Positions 40,286-52,117 of a stretch of DNA of 64,000 nucleotides are shown here, one piece after another. How positions within the stretch are numbered: position 1 is the stretch's first letter; the number at the start of each line of letters is the position of its first letter. The notes under the pieces are model-generated. The model was not told where the DNA came from. It ran no database searches and was given only the letters and a program-made list of their open reading frames with translations. The position numbers were made by a program, and so were the translations under genes. Source of the DNA: Neocallimastix sp. 'constans' (lineage: Eukaryota); the NCBI GenBank assembly GCA_050613775.1, contig JBODTK010000103.1:124001-188000 (forward strand), given 5' to 3'.

Positions 40286-41153
40286 AAAAAGACAAGATAA
40301 AATAAGATAAAATATAATAATAAAATATAATAATAATAATAATAAAACCTTTTAATAAGCTCGTCCATCCTTCATTTTCACATTCAATAATTTGATGAAT
40401 TGGTTTCCAAACACCGTCACCAAGTCTTTCAATTCGTTCTACTTCAATATCCTTTCTTTTAATAACTTCTTTTTCATCTTCCTGTTTTTCTTTTTTTGTT
40501 TTTGGCTTTTGGTCTTCATTTTCCCAAACATTAGTTGACATCATATTAATTTCATTTTCAGCTTTTTTAAGGTCATCTGGGAAATTATCAATCTTACATT
40601 TCAATTAATAAAATATTATATATTAATAAAATATTCATAATAAATATTTCATATTATTATTTTTTTTTTTAATTTATTATTTTTCTAATGATAAAATAAT
40701 AGAAATAATACTGATTATATTAATTATTAATTATAAATTTAGATGTTTTACTTATTTAATTACATTAAATTATTTGGTTAAAATTATAATTAATTTAATA
40801 ATATATCTTACCGATGCATAAAATTTTGATTTTTGATATTGAACTTGAAGATAAGTCTCGGATACATTGAACGGTGACATAGAAAAAGAAATTAAATATT
40901 GTTTAAGAATATTTGATAGATATTCTTTGCCTTGCCATTCCTCTTCATAATTACTAACTGTAATTTTAAAATTGTTTTTTTTTTTTTTAAAAAAAAAATA
41001 ATATATATATATATATATATATATTAAATCAATATTTTATATTTATCTTGTTCGTAAATTATTATTATATGTCTAATAATATATACATTCATCTTTTTCG
41101 TATAAAGGAATTTTATCCTTTGAATCTGATAAAATATTTGAAAGTGATGGCAT
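39215..41153 (-). CDS. UGO1: Ugo1/SLC25A46-like mitochondrial-carrier-fold outer-membrane fusion protein; 5 exons
   Basis: Carrier-type motifs SPFNVSETYLQVQY, EGWTSLLKG, SPLELIKTRLIIQS, GMRGLY, TPFEMARKRIQCQ, LYRGF joined by GT-AG introns; first exon MPSLSNILSDSKDKIPLYEKDE; the long hydrophilic insert after the first motif fits Ugo1. Confidence 0.7.
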
Positions 41154-42446
41154 CTCTTAATGTATTTCCTTTTAAATATAAAGTAAAAATTTTGATGTTG
41201 ACAATTTTACGATTTTATTTGTTTATTTAATATGATATTTTTTTATATTTTAAATTATTTATAAATGTTTTAGTAAATATTTATTTAAAAAAGAAAAAAT
41301 GCTAAAAGATAAAAAATAAAAGTTTATGATAAATATTATTAATATTATTATTATAATTACTTTTATTTATAAAAATTTCCAAAAAATATTCTAAGAAAAT
41401 TATTTCAATTTAATAATTTTCCTTTTTTTTTTTTTTTACTATTTTATTTTTATTTTTCAAATTTATTCAATTATTTTCCAATACTTTATATTGAAATAAT
41501 AATAGCTTAAGAAGCAAAGAAAAAAAAATAAAATAAGATAAAATAAAAACAAATAAATATATGAATAAAAAATTTAAATAAATAACAAAATTTACCTTTT
41601 TAATATAATATATATATTATTTTAAAAAAAAAAAAAAACGTACATATTTCTTTCTACTCGATATTTATTGGCTGCTGTCAATTAAAGATACTTAATTAAA
41701 TTAATTATTAAAATACATATAAAAAATATATTACTATTTATTTATTTTTTATTTTTATTTTATTTTACTACATATTTTTTTTTTATTATTTTTTTTTAAT
41801 TTTCTTATTTTATACTATGACATTATATAACCATTACTTTTAATAGAAAAAATAACATTTATTTGTTAAATTAATGTTTGAAAATTATTTTATTTACACA
41901 TATATATAATAAATAAAAATATATAAAATTAGTTTTTTTTTTTTTTTTTTTTTTTTTTATTAGTATTATTATTATTATTATTATTAATTGTTTATTTATA
42001 CAGCATACAGTGTTGAATTATTAATTTATTAATTTAAAAAAATAAATATTTAGTAAAGAAGAAAAAAATATAAAAGTATCCACTCAGAATGGTAATTTTA
42101 AATTTTTAAATATTTAATTTATTAAAATTATAACTCTAACCTTAAATAATAAAATATTTTATTACCTCCGAATATATACTTTTACAATTACTTTTATTAT
42201 TAAACGCAAAAAAAAAGTATTTGAAAATTGTTTTAATATATCAAAAAACAAATTCTATTTTAATTTTTTAATTACTTATCTAATAAATTATAAATATGTC
42301 ATTAATATAAAAACAACTTTTATAAATAAAAATAAGACTTAATTATTAAATAACTTGGTTAAATGAGTTGATATATTTATAGATGTAAATAAATTCTATT
42401 TTTGAAAATTATATGCTACTCAAGATTGTTGAATATTTATACGTTT

Positions 42447-43071
42447 TTAAGATTTGTTTTCAGTATCAAAAACACCTTCGTCATATTTATAATTCTTTAA
42501 ATCTAATTTTTCATTGTATTCTACTAATATATGTTCACACATTTCTATTAAATCATCTAATCCTTTATTCATAGCTTCAACAGCAGTGGTTTCTTCTATT
42601 TAATGTGAATGATTGTAACATTTATATTATATAATTTGATAAAAATGTTTTTAATTATTATTAATTAATAACAATCTAAATTATTTTTTTCACTTTAATA
42701 AATAGAATAATAACAATAAAATAAAAATACCAGTAGTTTGTACACGAATGTTAACTTTAGCTTCAGTTGGGTGAGGAATTGAGTAACCACAATATTCAAC
42801 CTTTGGACTAAAATTTTTTTTATAAATTTAATATTATTTAAATAATTAAACATTAATAATGATTATTTAATATGACAGTAAAAATATTTATGTATTATAT
42901 AATTTTTTTAAAACATTACTTTTTCATAATCATATATCTTAAGGCATTAGCTAAAGTATGATCTTCTTCACTAATACTGAAAGTAGCGCAACCTTCATCA
43001 GAAGATGGTGAAATCTAAAAATTAATTAAATTAAAATATTAAAAATTGAAATAACTTTTTAATTACAGATT

Positions 43072-43115
<44 letters not shown>

Positions 43116-43418
43116 GATTTTAAAATCATCATATAATAATTTTATTAATTTCTATATAAATTTATTATACATTATTATTATTTTAGATATTTTTATATTG
43201 AAATATTATTTTTATTGTTGATTCAATTAATACGTTTTATTTTATAAAATATTATCCTTTCTATTACTTTTTATTATTATTGAAATTTTATATAGTATTC
43301 TATATATCATATAATTTATATTTTATTATAATATATAACTTCCTTTTATTTTCCAAAAATAAAAAACAATAATTACAATCTTTAATTTAGCTTCACTTTC
43401 GTTTGAATCAATATTCAT
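42447..43418 (-). CDS. RPC19: DNA-directed RNA polymerase I/III subunit AC19 (RPAC2); 4 exons
   Basis: Not in the ORF track; spliced translation [49 protein letters not shown]...[19 protein letters not shown] is the RPB11-like signature of AC19. Confidence 0.92.
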
Positions 43419-43549
43419 TTTTGATATATTTTATTAATAATTTAAAATTATACAGAATCACTATAAACTAAAAAAAAACAATTTATATTTTCTAAAAAAA
43501 AAAAAAAAAAATAGTTATATATATATAAATAAATAACAATATCAAAATT

Positions 43550-43558
43550 AGCCAATCA
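43550..43558. promoter_or_regulatory. Putative CCAAT box upstream of RPC19
   Basis: agccaatca ~130 bp upstream of the ATG; CCAAT cores also lie upstream of Ugo1 (41667-41673) and MTA1 (38299-38303). Confidence 0.35.
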
Positions 43559-43689
43559 AATTATATTAAAGTAATAATATAAAATCTTAGATTTTAAAAT
43601 TTCTAAAAATTATTAAAAAATATTTTTAAAATTATTTTATTTTAAAATTTATATAAAATTAATATTTTTTATTATTTTATTTATAAATT

Positions 43690-43738
43690 GTATTTATATA
43701 TATTTATATATATATATAAATTTTAATGAGTTGCATTA
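43690..43738 (+). repeat. 49-bp perfect direct repeat, left copy
   Basis: gtatttatatatatttatatatatatataaattttaatgagttgcatta, identical to 48304-48352. Confidence 0.92.
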
Positions 43739-45719
43739 CTAATTTGCCCAACATTACATACTGCTGCAATATTAATATTTTCAAATGATTTATCTCCTTT
43801 AGATATTCTTTCATTTATTATATTTTGGGTTTTTTTAAATATATTTAAAGCATTTACTATTTCATAAACATGACCTTGGGTTTCACTTATTCCCTGAACC
43901 TTTGCATCAATTTTACCCGTTATATCTTCTTTAATAGAAATAGGAAAAAATTTAATAAGAGTTAAAATTCCACTAAAATATTTTGCCACTAACAATTTTT
44001 TAGCACTTAATTTATTTGCTCTTTCAAGTTCATCAATGTAATTTTGAGCTATATATTCATTACCAATATATTTATTTTCATCAGTATATGAAGAGGTATA
44101 TCCTTCATCATTATGAACGTCATTGTAATAATCATTCATATTATCTTTAAATCTACTTCTTACATCATTATTTTGATAATATGATGAATAAATAACATCA
44201 AAATCAGGTGATGAATTTTTTTCACTTTCTGTTAATTCTTGTTTAGTTATTACACCATGATCATTAACTAATCTATATGTTGGTTTCATTTTTGCCATAA
44301 TTGCATTCGGATTGTTATCAATTATAAAGGATTTAGGAGCTACGACCACTTTTGCATTTTTACGTTCAGCAATTTGAATACCTGCATATCCTAAAACTGA
44401 TATTCCTCCATCACTAACATATAAATTTTCTTTATTTATATCTTTAGGATCTTTTACTTTAATTAATTTTTTTCCATATTGTTTAGTATTGATATTTTTA
44501 AAAGTATCATAATTTAATTGTACTATTTCATCTGTTTTTCCCTTATTTATTTTTAATCCAGAAGGATTAATAAATCCTTCTTTTGTAGTAGTTCCATCAT
44601 ATTCAATTGCAAATGGAACAGAAAACATTTTTTTATTATTATCTGATATAAATGGTATATATCTAATTTTTTCCTGTTTTGCCATTTTACCACCACTTGT
44701 TGATATAGGTTCATTAGTTTTTAGTTTTAATATAGAAATAGTAAAATCTTTGATTTTTACAGCTTTATAAAATTTTTTATAATTTGTATCACTATTAATA
44801 AATTCTAGAACTTTTTGATATATTGTTGCTTTATTTTTTGGCATATTTAAGCTTATTCGATTCTTTTTGGAGTTACTAAAAGAATTAAAAAATATTGCAG
44901 TAGCTTTTACCATATCAGGTTGACCAGGAATTTCTGTTATTTCGATACTAGTATCAATATCTTTATCATTTTCATCTTTATCCATTAACCCTATACATTG
45001 TTTAAACGCATTAGCAAATAATTTTTCATCTTTTTGTGTTTTATAAGTATTAGGAATTATCATTTCAGTTATACTTCCATCAAGTAATCCATACGAAGTA
45101 CCAAGTAATTCTTTTGTTAAAACTGCTACTGGATCAAATCTTTGCAATAACTCGTCACCTATTTTTATAATTTTGTCTAAATCGTTTTCATTTTCAATTT
45201 TAAAAGTAGGGTCAATTAAATTGAAATGCTTGTTTATGGTTTCTAAAGCACTACGATATATTGTATCAAAAGTAACTACTTTTCCTACTAACTCATTTGA
45301 ATTTTTTGCATTTCTTAATGAAGGGGCTATTTTTTGAAAATTTACTATCAACGGTTCTCTATTATTATTTTCATTATTAACTCCTATATTAGAATATAAA
45401 TTATTATATGGTGTTACTTTGTTATTAGGAATGATAATTTTACCATATTCAGGGTCAGTACGTTCAGTTATTTTATGAATCCTCATTTTTTAAATTAGTG
45501 TGTTCAGCTGAATCACTATCATAATTTCTGTTAACATTTATTTCTATTGGAATAGTAATACGATCGTAGGTTTCAAGAACATAATGACCATCTTTATCTG
45601 GGATTTCCTTACCAGCAAGATATGCTTGTAAAGAAACTTCTTCATTTGCATGATTTTCAAAACTACAATATGATTGGTTAATATGTAAAATAAATAACTA
45701 AAATTATAATAATATTCAT
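43723..45719 (-). pseudogene. Intronless gene for an unknown, probably secreted protein (~664 aa if two +1 frameshifts are repaired; 587-aa main ORF 43723-45486)
   Basis: Main ORF is preceded by a stop-free ~70-codon segment in the adjacent frame and an ATG at 45719; removing one base from each homopolymer (~45687-45690 and ~45487-45491) gives MNIIIILVIYLHINQSYCSFENHANEEVSLQAYLAGKEIP...; the stop codon lies inside the left direct repeat. Confidence 0.7.
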
Positions 45720-45857
45720 TTTAATTAAAAAAATTTATTTGTAAAATATATTAATAAAATCAATTTATCATTTTATATTATAAAATAAAAAAAAAAAAAA
45801 TAAAATTTATACTAATTGTAAAATTAAAGTAAATTATTTTATAACTAGATAATAATT

Positions 45858-47462
45858 ATGGAAGTCAATGATAATACAAAAAAGTTTTATGATGAATTGG
45901 AAGGAAAATGCGAACCAGAAATATTATTAGAGATAGCAAAAAAAGGAATTTTTTTATATGAACCTTTATGTAAATACGATAAAATAAAAAATCATAAATA
46001 TGTTGTTTTAATAAGTATATTAGCTGAACAATATTTTATGATTAATAATGACGTACAATATACAGAATTAAAAAATATAATTTTATCTAATATGGAATAT
46101 ACCTTTACACATGAAACAAAAGTAATAAATTTATTAATAGTTAATGAATTTATTTTAAATAAAATATTAAATGAAAAAAACATAAAGGTAATAAATATTT
46201 TTAAAACAATTTACAAAGAAATTTTTTTGTGTTTATATAAATACAAATTTATATCCACTAACGTATTTAATTTATTTTATGAATATAATCCTGATTTATA
46301 TTATTCATATGAATTTGATATATTTGAATTTTTATATTATGATAATAAATGTTTGCTACCTACTAAATTAAATAATATAATAGAAAGAAAAAATAATAAC
46401 AAAGATATATTACATATGTTAAAAGATATAGTATTGGATTATTGTAGAGATCTAAATTTGCTAATATTTTTATCAAATTTTTTTTACAAAAATAAAATAT
46501 AATTACATACTAGACCTTATTATAGAGTTCCTTTATTTTTTCCTTTAAATATTCTTAAAGAATATGCAAATAATTTTTTCTTACCTAATAATTTATTTAT
46601 AAAATGTAATAATAAGTATTATGAAGATTTTTTTAATTTTTGCTTTAGTGATAACAATTTAAATCATGTTTATAGAGCTTATATAAGAAGTAAATCAAAT
46701 AAAGATGAAAAGTATATTAATAAATATTTATCGTTTAAATACCATATTTATGATTATCTTGAATTTGAATACGAACTATATAAAATCAAAAATAATACAT
46801 GTGCTGTTGAAAATGTAGAAAAAAAAAATATATTTGACAATGAAGAAGAAATATCAAAAAACAATATTTCTGATAATAAAATAGTTGAGAATACCAATTT
46901 TTCAAATAATATAAATGAAGGAATTAAAAATATAATCAGCATAAAAAAAGAAGAAAATGAAAGCGATGATAACGATGTTATATATTATATTAAAGTCTTT
47001 GATAATCAATGTGACAAAATTTACAATTTTAATATAATAAAAGAATATTATTATAATGAATATAATATACGTGCAGTATATGATCCTTATTTAATTGATA
47101 TTAATAAAATGAATACATTAAATTTTGTCAAAACATGTTTAAATAATTATGATTTTTTAAATAATGTATTACTTGATCCAAATTATATTTTTAATATTAA
47201 TTTATCTACTAACTTTGGAACTGAAATTTTATTAATGAGATTGACATATTTAATATCTTTAATACATAATAAATATAATGCTTTTATTATTGAAATATTA
47301 TTTAAGTGTATTGATAATTCATATATAACATGTGATCCTTCAAACCGTGTAGATATTGAAATATATGTTTTTGAGGAGCCAACCGATTTAGAATTAATTT
47401 ATAAAATGTTAACAAATACTCCACACAAAATATTTAACAGTTATTGTAGAGGTTATTATTAA
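45858..47462 (+). pseudogene. Intronless 534-codon gene for an unknown protein with no signal peptide, split by one in-frame TAA (46500-46502)
   Basis: ORFs 45858-46502 and 47109-47462 share a frame and the 606 nt between them read without another stop (LHTRPYYRVPLFFPLNILKEYANNFF...). Confidence 0.8.
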
Positions 47463-47703
47463 TTTTATAATTTAGACATCAAGGTTCATATAGATAAGTA
47501 ATTAAATTTTAAGAGAATTTCAATTTTTAAAACTATGTATATAAAAATTATAAAAATTTCTTTATTTTTTTTTAAAAAAAAAAATATATGTATATAATTA
47601 TAAACTGATTTTTATATTTATTGTATTATTAAAAATTAAAATATAAAATAATATTTTTATTATTAATTATTAATATATAAAGTCAAATAAAATTTTTTTT
47701 AGT

Positions 47704-48333
47704 ATGAATATTGTAGTAAGTATTATTTTATTTGTATCCATTTTTCAGCAATCTCTTTGTAATGGTTTAAATACAAAAAATGAAAATGGATCACAAAATT
47801 TACTGAAAAATAATACCATGAAAAATGAAGTAAAAGAGAAAAGTGTATTACAAAGTTTAACAAAGAATAATACCAAAGAAAATGAAATAAAGGAATCCAA
47901 AGAATTCTGCCTTTATAATTCAGAAGGGGTTATTATGATCTATGATCCTATTTATAGAAATAATAAAGGAAAACTAGTACATGCAGAGACTATTGAAGAA
48001 TATGCCAAAGTTTTAGGACCAACATGGTATGGAGTATCATTTTGTAATAATAATACACTTGTTAACAGTTTAGGAATGTATTTTGATATATCCAATTCGA
48101 AATTACATAAAAGAAGTGAAGAAGAAACTCCAGTGAATGATGATAATATTTTTCGAGGAGAAAACCCATTATTAGAATCTGATTATGAAACAATTACGAC
48201 CAAATATATTGATAATATTTATGAAGAATTAAAAAATTCAGAAAAAAAATGTATGCCATTAACTAGTGTAAGTCCAGGGTTTAATCCTTATCACAAAAGT
48301 TTAGTATTTATATATATTTATATATATATATAA
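47704..48333 (+). CDS. Unknown secreted (prepro-type) protein, probably 3'-truncated
   Basis: Signal-peptide-like MNIVVSIILFVSIFQQSLC, internal duplication (LLKNNTMKNEVKE/LTKNNTKENEIKE), dibasic LHKR-SEEE site; last residues VFIYIYIYI* are read from the right direct repeat. Confidence 0.65.
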   Translation: MNIVVSIILFVSIFQQSLCNGLNTKNENGSQNLLKNNTMKNEVKEKSVLQSLTKNNTKENEIKESKEFCLYNSEGVIMIYDPIYRNNKGKLVHAETIEEYAKVLGPTWYGVSFCNNNTLVNSLGMYFDISNSKLHKRSEEETPVNDDNIFRGENPLLESDYETITTKYIDNIYEELKNSEKKCMPLTSVSPGFNPYHKSLVFIYIYIYI

Positions 48334-48352
48334 ATTTTAATGAGTTGCATTA
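48304..48352 (+). repeat. 49-bp perfect direct repeat, right copy
   Basis: Identical to 43690-43738. Confidence 0.92.
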
Positions 48353-48507
48353 ATACTAATTTTGATATTGAAAGTGTTAATGTTAAAATAGTATTATCAA
48401 TACTTAAATATAATAATATTATTATTTAAATATAATTTTATTATTTGAAAAAAGTATGTATAATAACTAAATGATAAACTGTTTTAAATAAATAAATAAA
48501 TAAATAT

Positions 48508-48562
<55 letters not shown>

Positions 48563-50364
48563 TATTTCTTTATCATATTTTACTTTATTTCATTTTCTTT
48601 TTTATTTTTCTTTTTTGTTTTTGCTATATTTTTAAATAAAACAAAATTATAAAATAAAAATATAATACATACTGTAATGTGAAATTAAATATATTAATAT
48701 AATTATAAATAAGGGAAAATTATTTATTTATCCATTATTTATTTATATTTGATGGCATGTATTTTTTATTTATTAAATATTAATTTAAAAATTGAATATT
48801 TTAAAATACAAATAGTTAAATATATAAATTTTAAATAAAAAATAAGGAATAATGAATATGAAATTTCAATAATGAAAATAATAATAATTATTAAATATTT
48901 AAATAGTAAATTTTCAATAGTTTTATATGATAAAATAAATATCAATAAATAAAATGATAAAACTAGTACTATTTATATAGTAATTATTGAAAAACAGAGA
49001 TACTTGAATTTTTTAAAATATGATTAATCCATATTATAAAAATAATAAATTACTATAATTTCAATATAAAATAATTGTTTTTTAAATTATTATGTTATTA
49101 ATAACTTGTTTCTTTTACCAACTAATTTATTTTTTGAATATTAAAACTAAAATATTATTTACTAAATCTACTTTTGACTTTATCACCGATATAAAAATAA
49201 ATATATCATTATATTGATATTTATTTTAAATATATATATATATATGTTTACTTAATATAAAAATTTATAATTTTTTAATAAGTTTATAAAATTTCTATTT
49301 TATTTTTATATATATGTATATTTTTTTATTTATTATTTTTTATTTTTTTTTTCATCAAAATTTCTTTATGTTTTTGTAATTGTATATTCATTTTTACTTA
49401 TTCATTTATTCATTTCCTTTCCATTAATTTACAAAATAAAAGAAAAAGACAAGTAAGCTTAATAATTCTAGCAATAGCCTATAAGATATATAGATAAGTT
49501 ATAAATATCCTTTAGTTGGCAGTTACTATTGGATAAAAGAACTTGTTCATTAGCATCTATTCATTTTAAGCTTAAGTGTATGCTTTGGTTTTGTATATTA
49601 GTATTATCTTGTAATTCATCATCAAGTTTATAAATAAGAACTTCACGATATAATTTTCAGTAACAACCAATTATATTATGAAATTATATTTTAATTTGAT
49701 TGAGATTGAGAACTAACATAATATAGGAATACCATCCTTTTTCATTTCAACCAGGAAGTATTAAAGTGAATTCAGATTATTATTGACCTTCATCATTGTA
49801 ATCATTATAGAAAAGTTTAGTGCTTAGAAAAAACTTTACGAGCAGTTTGGAAAGCAAGAATAACAAAGTATGAAATCTTTTGAAGAAGGTTGAAGAGCTA
49901 TTTCCAATGATCAATATCTTCATTGCGACATCTCATACTTAATTTTACTTTCATAATGCTGAAAATTTTTAATATTGTGATCAATACTAGCATTTTTTAA
50001 AAATTTTGACATCAACATTTGGAACCAAAATATATAAATTTTTATCTATAAAGATATATTTATTATATCATTAATTTTAATTTGTAAAACACTTGGAAAA
50101 TAAAGGTAAAAGTTTACATTTACCGTTATACTATTTTTTTTATTTTAAGAAAACCTAATTTTAATGACATTTATACATATAAAAATGCATTTGATGGATC
50201 ATCCATACTTCAATTCATTTTATATATAAAAATCATTTAATGTATAATAAAACTTTAATTTATAAAAAATAGCAATTGTTATTATTTAACAAAGTTTATA
50301 TATATATATTAATATTATTTAATTTACTACGCTTTGAATAATATATACAGGTCACTGTAGAGGG

Positions 50365-50392
50365 CGGGGTTCGAATCCTCGGCATGGCACCA
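50365..50392 (+). pseudogene. tRNA 3'-end fragment (T-arm, acceptor strand, CCA)
   Basis: cgggg-ttcgaat-cctcg T-arm (B box) followed by gcatggc-a-cca; no matching 5' acceptor strand or D-arm seen upstream. Confidence 0.6.
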
Positions 50393-50967
50393 AATAATCG
50401 GATGAGGTTTCTATCCTGTGATCTAAAACAAATATGTGTAGTAACATATTTGTATATTTAATAATAATTATTAAATATTAAATTTATATCTTTTGATAAT
50501 AATTTATATAATATATTATTAATTATTCATTATTATATTATAATTACTATTATAATATATATTAAATTACATATTATTTTATAATATATTATATTATATT
50601 ATTTATTTTATAATTATATATTATTATATTAAAATATAATAATATTTTTATATTTAACTTTAATAGGATTTTTATTATATTATACAATATATTATTATGT
50701 ATTATTTTATATTTATTTTTTATTTTACATATAATATACATTTATTATTTAAATATAGATATTGTATTCTTATATATATATAATTTATATTATATGTTTA
50801 AAATATATTTCATACTATTAAATTTTATAATTTTAAAATGTAATTTCTTAATAATAACCAATTTCTAATAAATTAATTTATAAAAGGGGTTTTTTAGTTT
50901 TTAGGAAAAGGAATAATAAATTAAATAAAGATATAACTATATTATTATAATTAAAATATAGCACATA

Positions 50968-51330
50968 AAAGTCCCGTATATCACCTGGGATATCATGAGA
51001 CCACACGTGATGTCCATAAGGCTTTCCCTCAAATGATTATTTCACCCATCCCTGATACTACGCTTTGAATTGAAGCATAGACCTTGATGATTGTAAAATT
51101 TCCAATCGCCAATGATTACACCCACTAGGGAGGAGTTAATGGTTCCGTTCTGATGCTCGTGGTCATTAGAGATATATGTAGGAACGGAATGCATCTCCGG
51201 GCAGTGTGTAACGACAATTGAGAGCGGCGAAGCTGATACAGTATGCCAATAACTCATCACCTTACAGTTAATTAATAACTGTATGGCCATATGGGAGATG
51301 GGTACCCATATGTGCAAGTCTATGTTTGAA
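50968..51330. repeat. GC-rich dispersed element of unknown class, longer copy
   Basis: Reverse complement of 51140-51300 aligns by eye with 54313-54485 (ggcatac, gtcgttac, ccggag, atatc-c-aatgaccac-ag-atc-gaac blocks shared). Confidence 0.65.
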
Positions 51331-52083
51331 TAATATATATTTGTAAATAGTGTAGAATAAAAATGTAATTATTAAACAATAATTATAAAAATTATTATTT
51401 ATTATTATCTATTAAAACTAATTCATCTTTCCTAAGATAAAACTTTGATATAAAATTTATTTTATTATAAACAATTGATCAATAAATATAACACTTTTAG
51501 TATCTTTTATGCAAGTTGTGTAACATATTTTTTTTTTTTTTTTTTTTTTTTTGTATAATTTTCAACAAATTAAATATGAAAATATACATGTTTATTAGTT
51601 TTTTTTTTATAATTTTCAACAAATTAAATATGAAAATACACATGTTTATTAGTTTAATACATTCTTATTCTAATTTTAATATTAAATATCATAATTTGAT
51701 TTTTAAAAATACAAAAAATGGCTTTTTCAAAAATATACCATATTAACAATACATGGATGCATAAACATATAATATTAACTAATGTATATATCAACTTTAA
51801 TAATACAATTATAAAATAAAATGTTTTTTTTAATAAAAAATATTATAAGAATATCAGTTTTATATATATATATAATTTTTGTATAGAAATAGAAATAATT
51901 TAATAAATTCAGTCTGTATTAAATAGGATATTAAAATAATTTTCCTGAGTTACATCTAATCTAAAATTTATTCATCATATATACTAATATTGAAAAGTAT
52001 TATATTAATATTAAAAATAACTAAATAATAATTTTTATAAATAATAAAATTTAATTTGTAACTCTGTAAATAATTGTAAAAAA

Positions 52084-52117
<34 letters not shown>

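Noticed and set aside
43690..48352. Direct repeats as LTRs, or the cassette as an integrated circle
   Set aside because: Repeats are only 49 bp, lack TG...CA ends, and no gag/pol is present; the two truncated terminal ORFs are on opposite strands, so they do not rejoin on circularisation.
50340..50392. Functional tRNA gene or LTR primer-binding site
   Set aside because: No 5' half or A box; the match is longer than a PBS and no adjacent LTR was seen.
51042..51317. 91-aa ORF and similar 62-aa ORF at 54304-54492 as protein paralogues
   Set aside because: Similarity is at nucleotide level with frame-breaking indels; better explained as a non-coding dispersed repeat.
50968..51330. RNase MRP/P RNA or hammerhead ribozyme
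   Set aside because: aaagtccc resembles the P4 5' strand but no complementary 3' motif was found; no CUGAUGA/GAAA core in a valid arrangement.
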